Below are positions 54,345 to 64,000 of a stretch of DNA of 64,000 nucleotides, piece by piece. Positions within the stretch are counted from its first letter, which is position 1, and the number at the start of each line of letters is the position of its first letter. The notes under the pieces were generated by a model. That model saw nothing but the letters and a program-made list of their open reading frames with translations, searched no databases and was not told the origin of the DNA. The translations under genes were made by a program, and so were the position numbers. This stretch comes from Octopus sinensis (taxonomy: Eukaryota), in contig NC_042997.1 in the NCBI RefSeq assembly GCF_006345805.1, forward strand, positions 196,664,001-196,728,000, written 5' to 3'.

Positions 54345-54657
54345 GGAAAAAGTATATGTATTTGTGAAGGGAGCTGACTTCTTGTCGACAACCATGATTG
54401 TCACACGCTGATGAAAGGTAAACACCTTGAAACTCGGTTACGTGTGTATCATGAGTTGAAGACGGGGAGGATGACTCCCCTTCACAAATACTGAGAGGAC
54501 ACATATAGAGTGTCTATAGCCAGCTGGAGGAGATATCTTCCTGGGGCTACAAACTACAGTAGCATCCACCCTTATGGGTTAGCCATATTCAAATGGCAAA
54601 TATGCGTCACGATGTGTTACCGCTACTGTTTATAACTCGCTCTGAGATTTATCGTTG

Positions 54658-54658
<1 letters not shown>
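54345..54658 (+). mobile_element. ~314-bp hammerhead-bearing element flanked on both sides by (TA)n
   Basis: Unique sequence bounded by TA runs ending 54344 and starting 54659; contains the HHR rod 54358-54491. Confidence 0.6.
54358..54491 (+). ncRNA. Type I hammerhead ribozyme (54389-54458) capping a long rod-like stem
   Basis: CUGAUGA 54408-14; stem II AAGGU/ACCUU with loop AAAC; GAAA 54429-32; stem I CACACG/CGUGUG, CAUGAU/AUCAUG, CAAC/GUUG; outer helices CUUCUUGUC/GACGGGGAG and GUAUUUGUGAAGGGAG/CUCCCCUUCACAAAUAC. Confidence 0.78.
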
Positions 54659-54693
<35 letters not shown>

Positions 54694-55169
54694 GATTAAA
54701 ATACAATAATATTATTTTCCAGCAAAGTAAAGCACGGTAAAGATAGAATTATAAATTGGAGATACTGACAACAAGGTACCATTTATAATAATACTGTATG
54801 TTTAACGCAGGTGATTTCATAACTAAAGCATATTTGATTGTTCTGCATGTCTTGTTCACGAAAACTGTGAAAGATCACGACAGGGGACATCTCTGCAGTA
54901 TGGATAAAAAAACAGGCAATTATATTTGATATTACTCTCAGGCCCATGGTTTCATGTAAAAAAAATTCAACAAAGCGTTAGGATGTGATCGCATTTTTGA
55001 CTTTCTTTTTGTTCTCTGTCCATTACCCTTGTGTTCCCTAATAGAAGCATGAATCACACTAAATAGAAGGTAAGACCAGACCCACTTACTACATTCTTTT
55101 ATTCTATTACAAGTTGATCTTATAGCATATTTGTAGAAAATAGTTAGCATCTTGGGGATATACTTATTA

Positions 55170-55787
55170 ATTCGTTTTCTTTCTAATTTTTGGCACAGGG
55201 CCAGCAATTTCGGGCGAATGAGAAAGTGATTACACCAACCCTATAATTTAACTGGTACTTTTTTTAACGACCTCCAAAGCAAAAGCGAGGTTGAACTCGG
55301 TGGCATTTTAAATCGGAACGTAACGACAGACGAAATGCCGCTAAGCATTTTGTCCTGCGTGCTAACGATTTTGTCAGCTCGCCACCGTAATGGTTTTAAA
55401 TTTTGCCAAAGAGTAACCATTTTGGGGGAGAGGAATAGTCAATTCCATCGACATTAGCATTTCACGGATACTTAGTTTATCGACCCTGAAAGGATGAAAG
55501 GCAAAGTCGATCTCGGCGGAATTTGAACTCAGAAAGTAGCGGCAGTCGAAATACCTATTTCTTTACTACCCACAAGGGGCTAAACACAGAGAGGACAAAC
55601 AAGGACAGACAAACAGATTAAGTCGATTATATCGACCCTAGTTCGTAACTGGTTCTTAATTTATTGACCCCGAAAGGATGAAAGGCAAAGTCGACCTCGG
55701 CGGAAATTGAACTCAGAACGTAGCGGCTGACGAAATACTGATAAGCATTTTGCCTGGCGTGCTAACGTTTCTGTCAGCTCACCATCT
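55170..55787 (-). mobile_element. Cluster of three M-family SINE units (dimer junction 55555/55556)
   Basis: Repeated cttaatttat.gaccc.gaaaggatgaaaggcaaagtcga.ctcggcggaa core; gaaatacc|tatttctttac junction. Confidence 0.88.
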
Positions 55788-56759
55788 TAGTAGCAATGTA
55801 GATATGATATTGTCGAGTTTTTAATTTCTCCCTGTGAAAAATATTTCAACGTTGTCTGCATGAACTGTTTATGTTCTCGTGAAAAAAAAAAAAAAAAAAA
55901 ATCAGCGTTGTCCGCGTGAATTATGTCATCCTCGTCGTCACTTTTATAATGTGGATATTCGCCCACTTGTATGTTGTTGTCGGCACTGTGATATTCTTGT
56001 CGTCACTAATATGTTGTGGTGGTATTCCGCACCGTATCTTTTGCTCGTCTATCGTGCTATCGCTTATAGCTCCGCAAGACCATGACTTTGAAACGACTAC
56101 CTTGACGGTAACTCGAACTCGTATATATCACGTAACTGATACTAACTCCAACTGAGAAATTCGTACAACGACTCTACTGCTACTACTACAGTGGCTCTCA
56201 TCCTACTTGTCACGTGAGAAGGAGTGTACTATTTCACTACAACAAATATATAAAGTTTATCATAGCATGGATTACCAACTAACACTCAACAATCTTGACC
56301 TCATTAACCACTATATAAACGGCAATAATAAATATATAACTGATATCGAAATACTGACTGTCGTGAATAAGCCAGATTATAATATAAAAAGATTACATCG
56401 ACTCATCTATTGACTCGTAAACACTATAGCATGTAAGATGTGTGTTCATTATCTCATTTGTAACTTCTTCAACTGGAATGTTATACGACCATTCTTTGTA
56501 TTGACAAGTCAAATGGAAGTATAGACCAGACATGGTGCGTTACAGGAAACAGTTATACCCAGGGCTATCGATGTATTTAGAGCTTTTTTCATTTGGTATT
56601 TCGTTAATTTGGAATATTTGTTGTATTCGGCTACGCGCTCTCCTGTCGCATCCAATTCTTTGGACTGCAAGAAATGAACTTAATTCACCTAACTAAGAAT
56701 TTAGATAACAACAACAACAATTTTCCCGCTGCTGCTGCTGCTGCTACTACTACAAATGA

Positions 56760-57105
56760 TAATGGTTTCAAATTTTGCCTCAAGGGCAGCCATTTTGGGA
56801 AAGTGGATGAGTCGGTTACATCGACCCCCAGTGTTTCACTGGTACTTAATTTATCGACCAGGATAAAAGGCAAATCGACCTCGGCGGAATTTGAACTAGG
56901 AACGTAGACACGGACGAAATGCTGCTAAGCATTTTGTCCGGCGTGCTAACGATTCTGCCAGCTCGTCTTTCTACTGCTACTACTAATTTTGCCACAAGGG
57001 CAGCCAATTTGGTGGAGGGGATAAGTCGATTACATCGATCCCAGTGTTTCATTGATACTTAATTTATCGACCCCGAAAGGATGTAAGGCAAAAATCGACC
57101 TCGGT
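56760..57105 (-). mobile_element. Two M-family SINE units
   Basis: Core motif at ~56845-56900 and ~57055-57105. Confidence 0.82.
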
Positions 57106-57180
57106 GGAATAATAATAAAAATAATAATAATAGTAATAATAATAAAAATAATAATAATAGTAATAATGATAATAATCATA

Positions 57181-57488
57181 GTAAAGACCGAAAAGCACAG
57201 ACTATTAAAAGACGAAATTGCAAGAATGTGGACTATGAGGAGAGCCAAGTTCGAGAAATATGTGAGAGAAATTGGAATTGACATGGGAGCAGACAACCCC
57301 ACAACCTGCTGTTCTAGGAACAGCTCGGATTTTGAGATTGGTACTTGGATGCTGAATGTCCCTCACGATAATTAACAACCAAGTTTCGAAGCTTGTATTG
57401 TGCGGAAAGAGACCCTGCAAGACCTCTGACAGCGGACTGCTGTCCGCTCTGACGGAATCTACCAGAACAAACGAGGTCGAATGTTCAG
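57181..57488 (+). mobile_element. R4/Dong-clade LINE extreme 3' fragment plus 3'UTR, after (AAT)n
   Basis: EKHRLLKDEIARMWTMRR..KFEKYVREIGIDM / PAVLGTARILRLVLGC* (TGA 57353-55); UTR hairpin agcggac-tgct-gtccgct at 57431-48. Confidence 0.8.
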
Positions 57489-57653
57489 AGGAGGAGGAGG
57501 AGGAGGACGAAGAGGATGATGAGGATGATGAGGAGGACGAGGAGGACGAGGAGGACGAGGAGGAGGACGAGGAGGAGGAGGAGGAGGACGACGAGGGCAA
57601 GGAGGACGACGACGACGACAATAATAATAATAATGATAATAATAATAATAATA

Positions 57654-57684
<31 letters not shown>
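57489..57684. repeat. Compound trinucleotide tract (GAG/GAC/GAT)n then (AAT)n
   Basis: Direct reading. Confidence 0.95.
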
Positions 57685-57949
57685 TCTGTTTCGAGGATAC
57701 AGTGCTCGGATTTTCAAGATATTTATATTTAGAGTAGCTGAATGGGACACCATTTCCTCGTAGGCTGTATCTCCAGGAACCACTTTTACATATTTTGCTA
57801 TGTTACTCACTGATGTCCCATTTTCAGCGTGGTGCACTTAGAACAACGAGAAATGAAGTGTCTTGCTCAAGAACGCAATACGTGGTCAGATGATCTTGAA
57901 TTCAACACACAAACAACTAAGACATCCGCCTTCAAAAAGTGACCATTTT

Positions 57950-58145
57950 CTTTAATTTAAGCACAAGGACAACAATGTTTGGAGTGGATCCCAGTACTTG
58001 ACTGGTACCCTACTTTATCGGCCCCGAAAGGATAAAAGACAAAGTTAACAACGGTGGTATTTGATCTCAGAATGTAAAGAACCCTAACTAAATACAACAA
58101 GGCATTGTATCTCATGCGCTAACGATTCAGCCAATTCGCCGCCTT
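57950..58145 (-). mobile_element. Old M-family SINE
   Basis: ctggtaccctactttatcggccccgaaaggataaaagacaaagtt..gctaacgattcagccaattcgccgcc. Confidence 0.75.
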
Positions 58146-58619
58146 ATTCCTAACCGCAAAAAAAATAATAATAAAAACAATTATTTTGTTGCATTTTGGG
58201 TGGGTCATTATGCCAACAGCAATAAAAACACATCAGTTATATTTCACTTCGTTTATCGTTATTAATCAATTTGTTAAAGTTTGACTAATTAACAATTTCT
58301 AACAATTTCATACAGAGAAGTATAGCATTCGAATATGACGATGGAGTGTAGTGATGGCAATAATGATGTTGATGATGATCCTAAAACAGATTTCTCATCT
58401 ATTTTATTGATATCTTATTGTAATTATTACGTATTTTATGTCTCCTTATCTTGCCCAGTTCATCCGAAACATAATCATTATCCCAAACACTATTTCTCTC
58501 AGTGGCTTGCTAACAAATATTAAGCCGTCCTCGACATCAATATATCACCTCTTATCGCCCTGCGCATTACCTTCTCCAAGTTTATGGTTGTTCTCACTAA
58601 TCCCACGTGAATCATTATC

Positions 58620-58657
<38 letters not shown>

Positions 58658-59061
58658 GTCGGCTGTCTCATTGTCTCTGTCTGTCTCGGTCTTCGTGCGA
58701 GCCTGTCTGCCTGCCTATCTGTGTGTCTGTCAATCTATCTACCTGCCTGCTTTTCTGTCTGTCTGTCTCTCTCTCTGACTCCATCTCTATCTTTCTCTTT
58801 CTCTCTCTCTCTCTCTCTCTCAAGCATAATCTATAATATAATATTCCATATTATGGCTCCGATTCATAATTGTTATAAAGAAATATTAAGTTAGAGAAAT
58901 TCTTTCGCTTTTTTACGTCGCACCGATTTCCCTGCGCCTGAACAGAAGTAAAATGCATTGAAATTCCAAAAACGATAAACAAATGTTGTAAAAGAAAAAC
59001 AGAGCTAAAAACTAGAAAAAAATACACAACATAAAATCTTTTCTTTTATGTTTTACAGCGG

Positions 59062-59352
59062 CCATACTGGATCACCACCTTCAACAATTTTAGCTTAACG
59101 AATCTCCCCTTGACACATTCTATCAGTCTCTTTTGCCGAGCTCCTAAGTGCTTGTCAAGAAGTGGTGGAGGACACACACACACACACACACACGGTAGGC
59201 TTCTTTCAGTTTTCGTCTACCAAATCCACTCACAAGGCTTTGGTCAGCCCAAGGCTATAGTAGAAGACACTTGCCCAAGGTACCACGCAGTGGGACTGAA
59301 CCAGGAACCATGTGGTTAGGAAGCAAGCTTCTTACCACACAGCCACGCCTGA
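59062..59352 (-). mobile_element. V-family SINE
   Basis: ggcttctttcagttttcgtctaccaaatccactcacaaggc..cttaccacacagccacgcctg. Confidence 0.9.
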
Positions 59353-59931
59353 GCCTATGATAAATATATTCTTCCTATATTTTTTAAATAAAAAAAGACA
59401 TCGACCGGGATTGGAATTACGAAAAAAACCCCCCAAAAAACAAGAAGAAACGAACGAATTTATCTGACAACCGAATACTTTAGTGGAACGTGGCTTATTT
59501 AACGTTCAACAAATCATAAAAGCATTGTTACCATGTAGACGACTCTGACGCATTACAAGTAATTTTCTAACAATTCCCGGACTCCTGTCTATCAGACAGA
59601 CTAGCTATTGCCGGATATTATTAATTCGTTTGTTGTAAAATTAATTAAAACTACCCCGGTGTGGTTGTATTAGTTTGGAATCTGATTGAATGATGCGAAT
59701 ATTTATGGAATTTAGTTCTGCTGGGACTTTTTATAGAGCAACGAGCAATGCTTTGTTATAATAAAGTATATCATTTTACATTAGACATTTCAACTCTTGT
59801 TTATAATAGATCAAATTGGACATTTAAATTAACTACGTAACGGTACTGAATTGTTCGGTAAAAGTTGGTTTTAAGTATGATGTTATTGATCACAATTTCG
59901 TCCAACAAATTCTCTTGTATTTAAATTGTGT

Positions 59932-60907
59932 TTTTATTTATACGCCCTTTTCAAGCCTAACCAGGCTTATGGACCCGGTTTCCCGGTTTCTATGGCATAT
60001 GTGTTCCCCCCCACTGGTGGACGAGACGCCAGTCCATCGCAGCGTTACTCAAGAACAAGAAGAAAGAGTGAGAGAAATTTGGGGCGAAAGAGTACAACAG
60101 GGGTCACCACCACCCCTTGCTGGAGCCTCGTGGAGCTTAAGGTGTTTTCGCTCCATAAACACACACAACGCCCGGTCTGGGAATCGAAACCGCGATCCTC
60201 AGACCGCGAGTCCGCTGCCTGACCACTGGGCTGCACCTCCACCTGGTGTTGAATTTTTTTTTATTTATACGCCCTTTTCAAGCCTAGCCAGGCTCATGGG
60301 CCCGGTTTCCCGGTTTCTATGGCGTATGTATTCCTCCCAGCTGGACGGGACGCCAGTCCGTCGCTGCGTTAGTCAAGAAACAGGAAGAAAGAGTGAGAGA
60401 AAGTTGAAGGGAAAGAGTATAACAGGGGTCGCCAGCCACCCCCTGCCGGAGCCGCGAGGAGCTTTAGGTGTTTTCGCTCCATAAACACACACAACGCCCG
60501 GTCTGGGAATCGAAACCGCGATCCTCAGACCGCGAGTCCGCTGCCCTGACCACTGGGCTGAGCCTCCACCTGGTGTCTAATTTTTCTTTTATGCACCCTT
60601 TTCAAGCCTAGCCAGGCTCATGGGCCCGGTTTCCCAGTTTCTATGGCGCATGTGTCCCCGCCCACCAGCTGGTCGGGATGCCAGTCCATCGCAGCGTTAC
60701 TCAAGAAACAGGAAGAAAGAGTGAGAGAAAGTTGAGGCGAAAGAGTACAACAGGGGTCGCCACCCACCCCCTGCCGGAGCCTCGAGGAGCTTTAGGTGCT
60801 TTCGCTCCATAAACACACACAACGCCCGGTCTGGGAATTGAAACCGCGATCTTCCGACCGCGAGTCCGCTGCCCTGACCACTGGGCCATTGCGCCTCCAC
60901 CTGGTGT
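59932..60907 (-). mobile_element. Three tandem full-length O-head SINEs with tail A (~325-bp period)
   Basis: Units ~59932-60250, ~60260-60576, ~60588-60907, each followed on + by acctggtgt. Confidence 0.95.
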
Positions 60908-62171
60908 TTAATACCGAATATTAATTACTATATCGGTTTTCTCTGCTTCACAGGAAGACGAATGTTACTGGACATTAATCAGTAAGAGAGAAAGAGAGAG
61001 AGAGACAGAGAGAGAGAGAGATAGTCTTTGTAGCATATTTAGTATTCAGTGATGATCAGTTTTCAATAAAGGATGCCATATTGAACAGTTGAAAATGTTA
61101 TTTTGTTTTAATGTAAAGAATGCTTTGCAATGATTAAAAAGTTACATCCTGAAAATATCGAATACGGAAATGTAATTAATTAAGAGACTGTGAATAACTC
61201 AGGGGCTTTTGCTAATTAAAATATTCCATGTCATTTTATCAAGTGAAATAGTTTTCGTATTTTTTCCTTGTTTTTTTTTTAGTTTTATTTTATTTCATTT
61301 TATATATTGCAGGTAACGAATACTATTAAGGTGTGTCTGTACTGTCGTTAATTGCTGTTGCAATTACTCTAATTGGAAAAGATACGTATCTTTTATCCCG
61401 TGGCATGTCTTAATGAGACAGTGTTTTGTGCTGCCTTAGCCATCTCACTGAACTATAGGTAGTTTTCTCGCTATTATAACACCATCCGTATGAGGAAAGG
61501 TAAACATGATGATGGTTTCTAAGCTACCAACTCTTTAATGATCTCAAGCTTTAGGAAATATTTCTATATTCTATTAATTATCTGTCAACCAAATTATTTA
61601 GAATAATTATCCGGTACCACCGACATTATATCAATATATAACATTATTAACTAAAAAGAGATCAGAGGAAAAATAGAAGCGGCAAGCTCTTTCTGTCTCC
61701 AAAGTTAGAATATATTGTTGCGTATTATAAATGTCTGATGACTTGTGTTTCACCGAATCAAACATGTTTTTAGGTTTGTTCACTTTATCATATTTATGTT
61801 TACCTGGCACAATAATTGCTTTGATCTCTGAGTTTGTTCATTATCTCTTCACTGGAAGTATCTTTTGTTGACAGCTGGACAAAAATGATAGAACATATCA
61901 ACGCAACTTGCTTTTCAAAGTTTCTCTCGATATTCAGTTTAGAAAAGTAGTTATTGTATGTAGGAGTAATAACTCATTTGATGGCAGCTAAATAGATGTG
62001 CTGCTTTCGTCAGAGTTTAATCTTTAAGTGCTTGTATTTATCTGTCTTTTTTTTTTTGTTTGGTGTAGATATGGTGAAATAGTTTGAAATAGTCACTCTA
62101 CTTTCGTGGGGAATATATATAATGAAGGATTCAATCAACATTTCAATCAAATTATAATCGTAAAGATCTGA

Positions 62172-62273
62172 TTATATTCTTTACGTTTTGCGAAAGTAAA
62201 ACCGAAATGTGAGACAAATGTTTTATATTCTTTACGTTTTGCGAATGTAAAACCGAAATGAGAGACAAGTGTT
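62172..62273. repeat. 51-bp tandem duplication
   Basis: ttatattctttacgttttgcgaa.gtaaaaccgaaatg.gagacaa.tg at 62172 and 62223. Confidence 0.92.
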
Positions 62274-62687
62274 ACTCCTAACAAAAAGATGCACATTTAT
62301 GGAAGCCCCTCACGCAGCAATCTACCTCTTTCCATTTAACACTACTGGAAGACTTATATTCTTAATATTGTAGACATTCTCTATCGAATAGTTATCATAT
62401 AACTAGAATGTTACTCACCATAATTAATTAGAATTTCTAAATTTATTCAGGAGAAAGCCGTTCAATTAATTATTTCCTGATAAAGGTATTTACAGCTTCA
62501 TCCATCCTAATCATGTGCGTTCTTTGGATGGCTTCTACTGACACACAGCCACACATAGTTTTACTCTGCTCTTCAAAATATGTCAGCAACCCAAAAGCAC
62601 ATCAGTTTCACTAGTTTTTTCCCCTCTCATTTCGCACGTACTGCGTCCCATGAAATACATCTCGCTCTATACTACTTTATGTTTTTA

Positions 62688-63075
62688 CTAGCAGTATCGC
62701 CTAGCATCGCTCGGGTTTGTTTCAACCCTTTAGAACTGGAATTTTTGAAAAGTAAAATTTTGCATTATGTAGCTTGTTATTCTCTTTAAGTGAACATTTT
62801 TCTGGTTGAAATACACCGAAAAATGGCGACACAGCAGTCAAAACATCAATAAATATAGGGATTTTCATAGAAAAAAAGCAGCTTTTTGATGTAAATAATT
62901 TTTGGTGTTAACATGGTCCAATTTGCATTTATTCTTCTACAGAAGGAAGAACAAGCCTTCTATCATACTCTCAATTTTGGTCAACTTGCGCCGCAGGGTC
63001 TCGGAGGAGATAGTGTTAGTTGAAGGCTACCAAATCTGCCATACACAGACAACTTCAGCTTTATATATATAGAGG
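62688..63075 (-). mobile_element. Non-autonomous Helitron, 388 bp, same family as 24813-25205
   Basis: Colinear over its full length; 3' CTAG|T retained, 5' TC reads CC, hairpin partly decayed. Confidence 0.88.
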
Positions 63076-64000
63076 TTAATTTGGTCAGCGGCGAGACTGG
63101 TAAAGTGGATGTCGTTAGCGCTTTACTTTAAGTGGTGGCGAGTGTCGACCATTTCAAGTATGACATGCGCAGCGAGTATGGGATTCGATAGAGCAGACGT
63201 ATTCGGAAAAAGGATTAGGACAGGGAATTATTCTGGGGATTGAGGATAGGATACAACACAGGCGCTCACCCCTGCAACCGTAGTAAAAGTTGTATGAAGA
63301 GAATTTAGTATATTATTGGGCCAGACTGGAGCATGTTTTTGAGTGACTTCATGAAAAACTTAAGTAACTTTCATGCATAAATACCCGTGTTGTCAAGAAT
63401 ATCAACTCATAAGCTTTTCTCTTTTAACTATGTAAGTTCCATATTTAACTTATATTAGTCTCCACCCTTCTGACGAAGATAATATATGTTAATTTATGTT
63501 AATATATTTAGACACAAGCAACATTCTTATGTTGAGTGTTGAATAATCTGTTTGAAGTGAAATAACATTGTTATGGCTGAACGTTGAATAATCTGTCTGA
63601 GATGAAATAAAAATTAGCTTTCAGCATAAAAAAAAAAGAAAAAGAACGAAAAACAGTTTCCTTCAGACGATGTTTATCCGTTTCTATCTTATACATATTA
63701 ACACCCAAAGTGTTTGTTTTGATAACAGATGTTAGACGAGACATTTACAAAAAAAAAGGAAGACCAAAAACAAACAAACAAGAATGCAATATAATTTCGC
63801 ACTTTAAAAATACATTTATATTTACATTATACAATTTTCTCTTAACCAAAACTTATTCTTGTAAACCTAATATAGTTCCAATATATTCTTATTCAAATCT
63901 CTAAGCAGCAATTCAAGTTAGATCTTAGTTTATAGTTCATGAACAGCCAATTATATTCCTTTTATCTCTGCTGAGTGTGTTCAGTTACAGAAATGGTTAT

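Noticed and set aside
57205-57837. 135-aa acidic ORF and 210-aa antisense poly-Ser/Ile ORF
   Set aside because: Produced by (GAG/GAC)n and (AAT)n tracts plus an R4 3'UTR; no domain content
61975-62013. Minus-strand CUGACGA with GCAGC/GCUGC stem
   Set aside because: No GAAA after stem II

Overview
Repeat-dense, AT-rich animal DNA, most likely intronic or intergenic sequence from an octopus (inferred from its tRNA-derived SINE families and very high (TA)n/(CA)n/(TCTA)n density). No confidently identifiable host protein gene; almost all ORF-track entries are microsatellite translations. Supported content: about 30 SINE copies from several modular families (my labels: M, V, O-head, C-head), three R4/Dong-type LINE fragments beside (TAA)n, one Tx1/L1-type 3' fragment, a decayed mariner, a Tigger-like MITE, two copies of a non-autonomous Helitron, one HINE-like element and several local tandem or inverted duplications. 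The most interesting signal is a set of short elements at (TA)n tracts carrying type I hammerhead ribozyme (HHR) folds: an HHR capping a ~134-nt rod (54358-54491), an intact-core HHR at 15958-16021, a 7-copy minimal HHR family with a fixed non-canonical U at core position 6, and a tRNA-headed SINE with an HHR-bearing Penelope-type tail in a head-to-head palindrome. All folds and alignments were done by eye; nothing was computed or searched.
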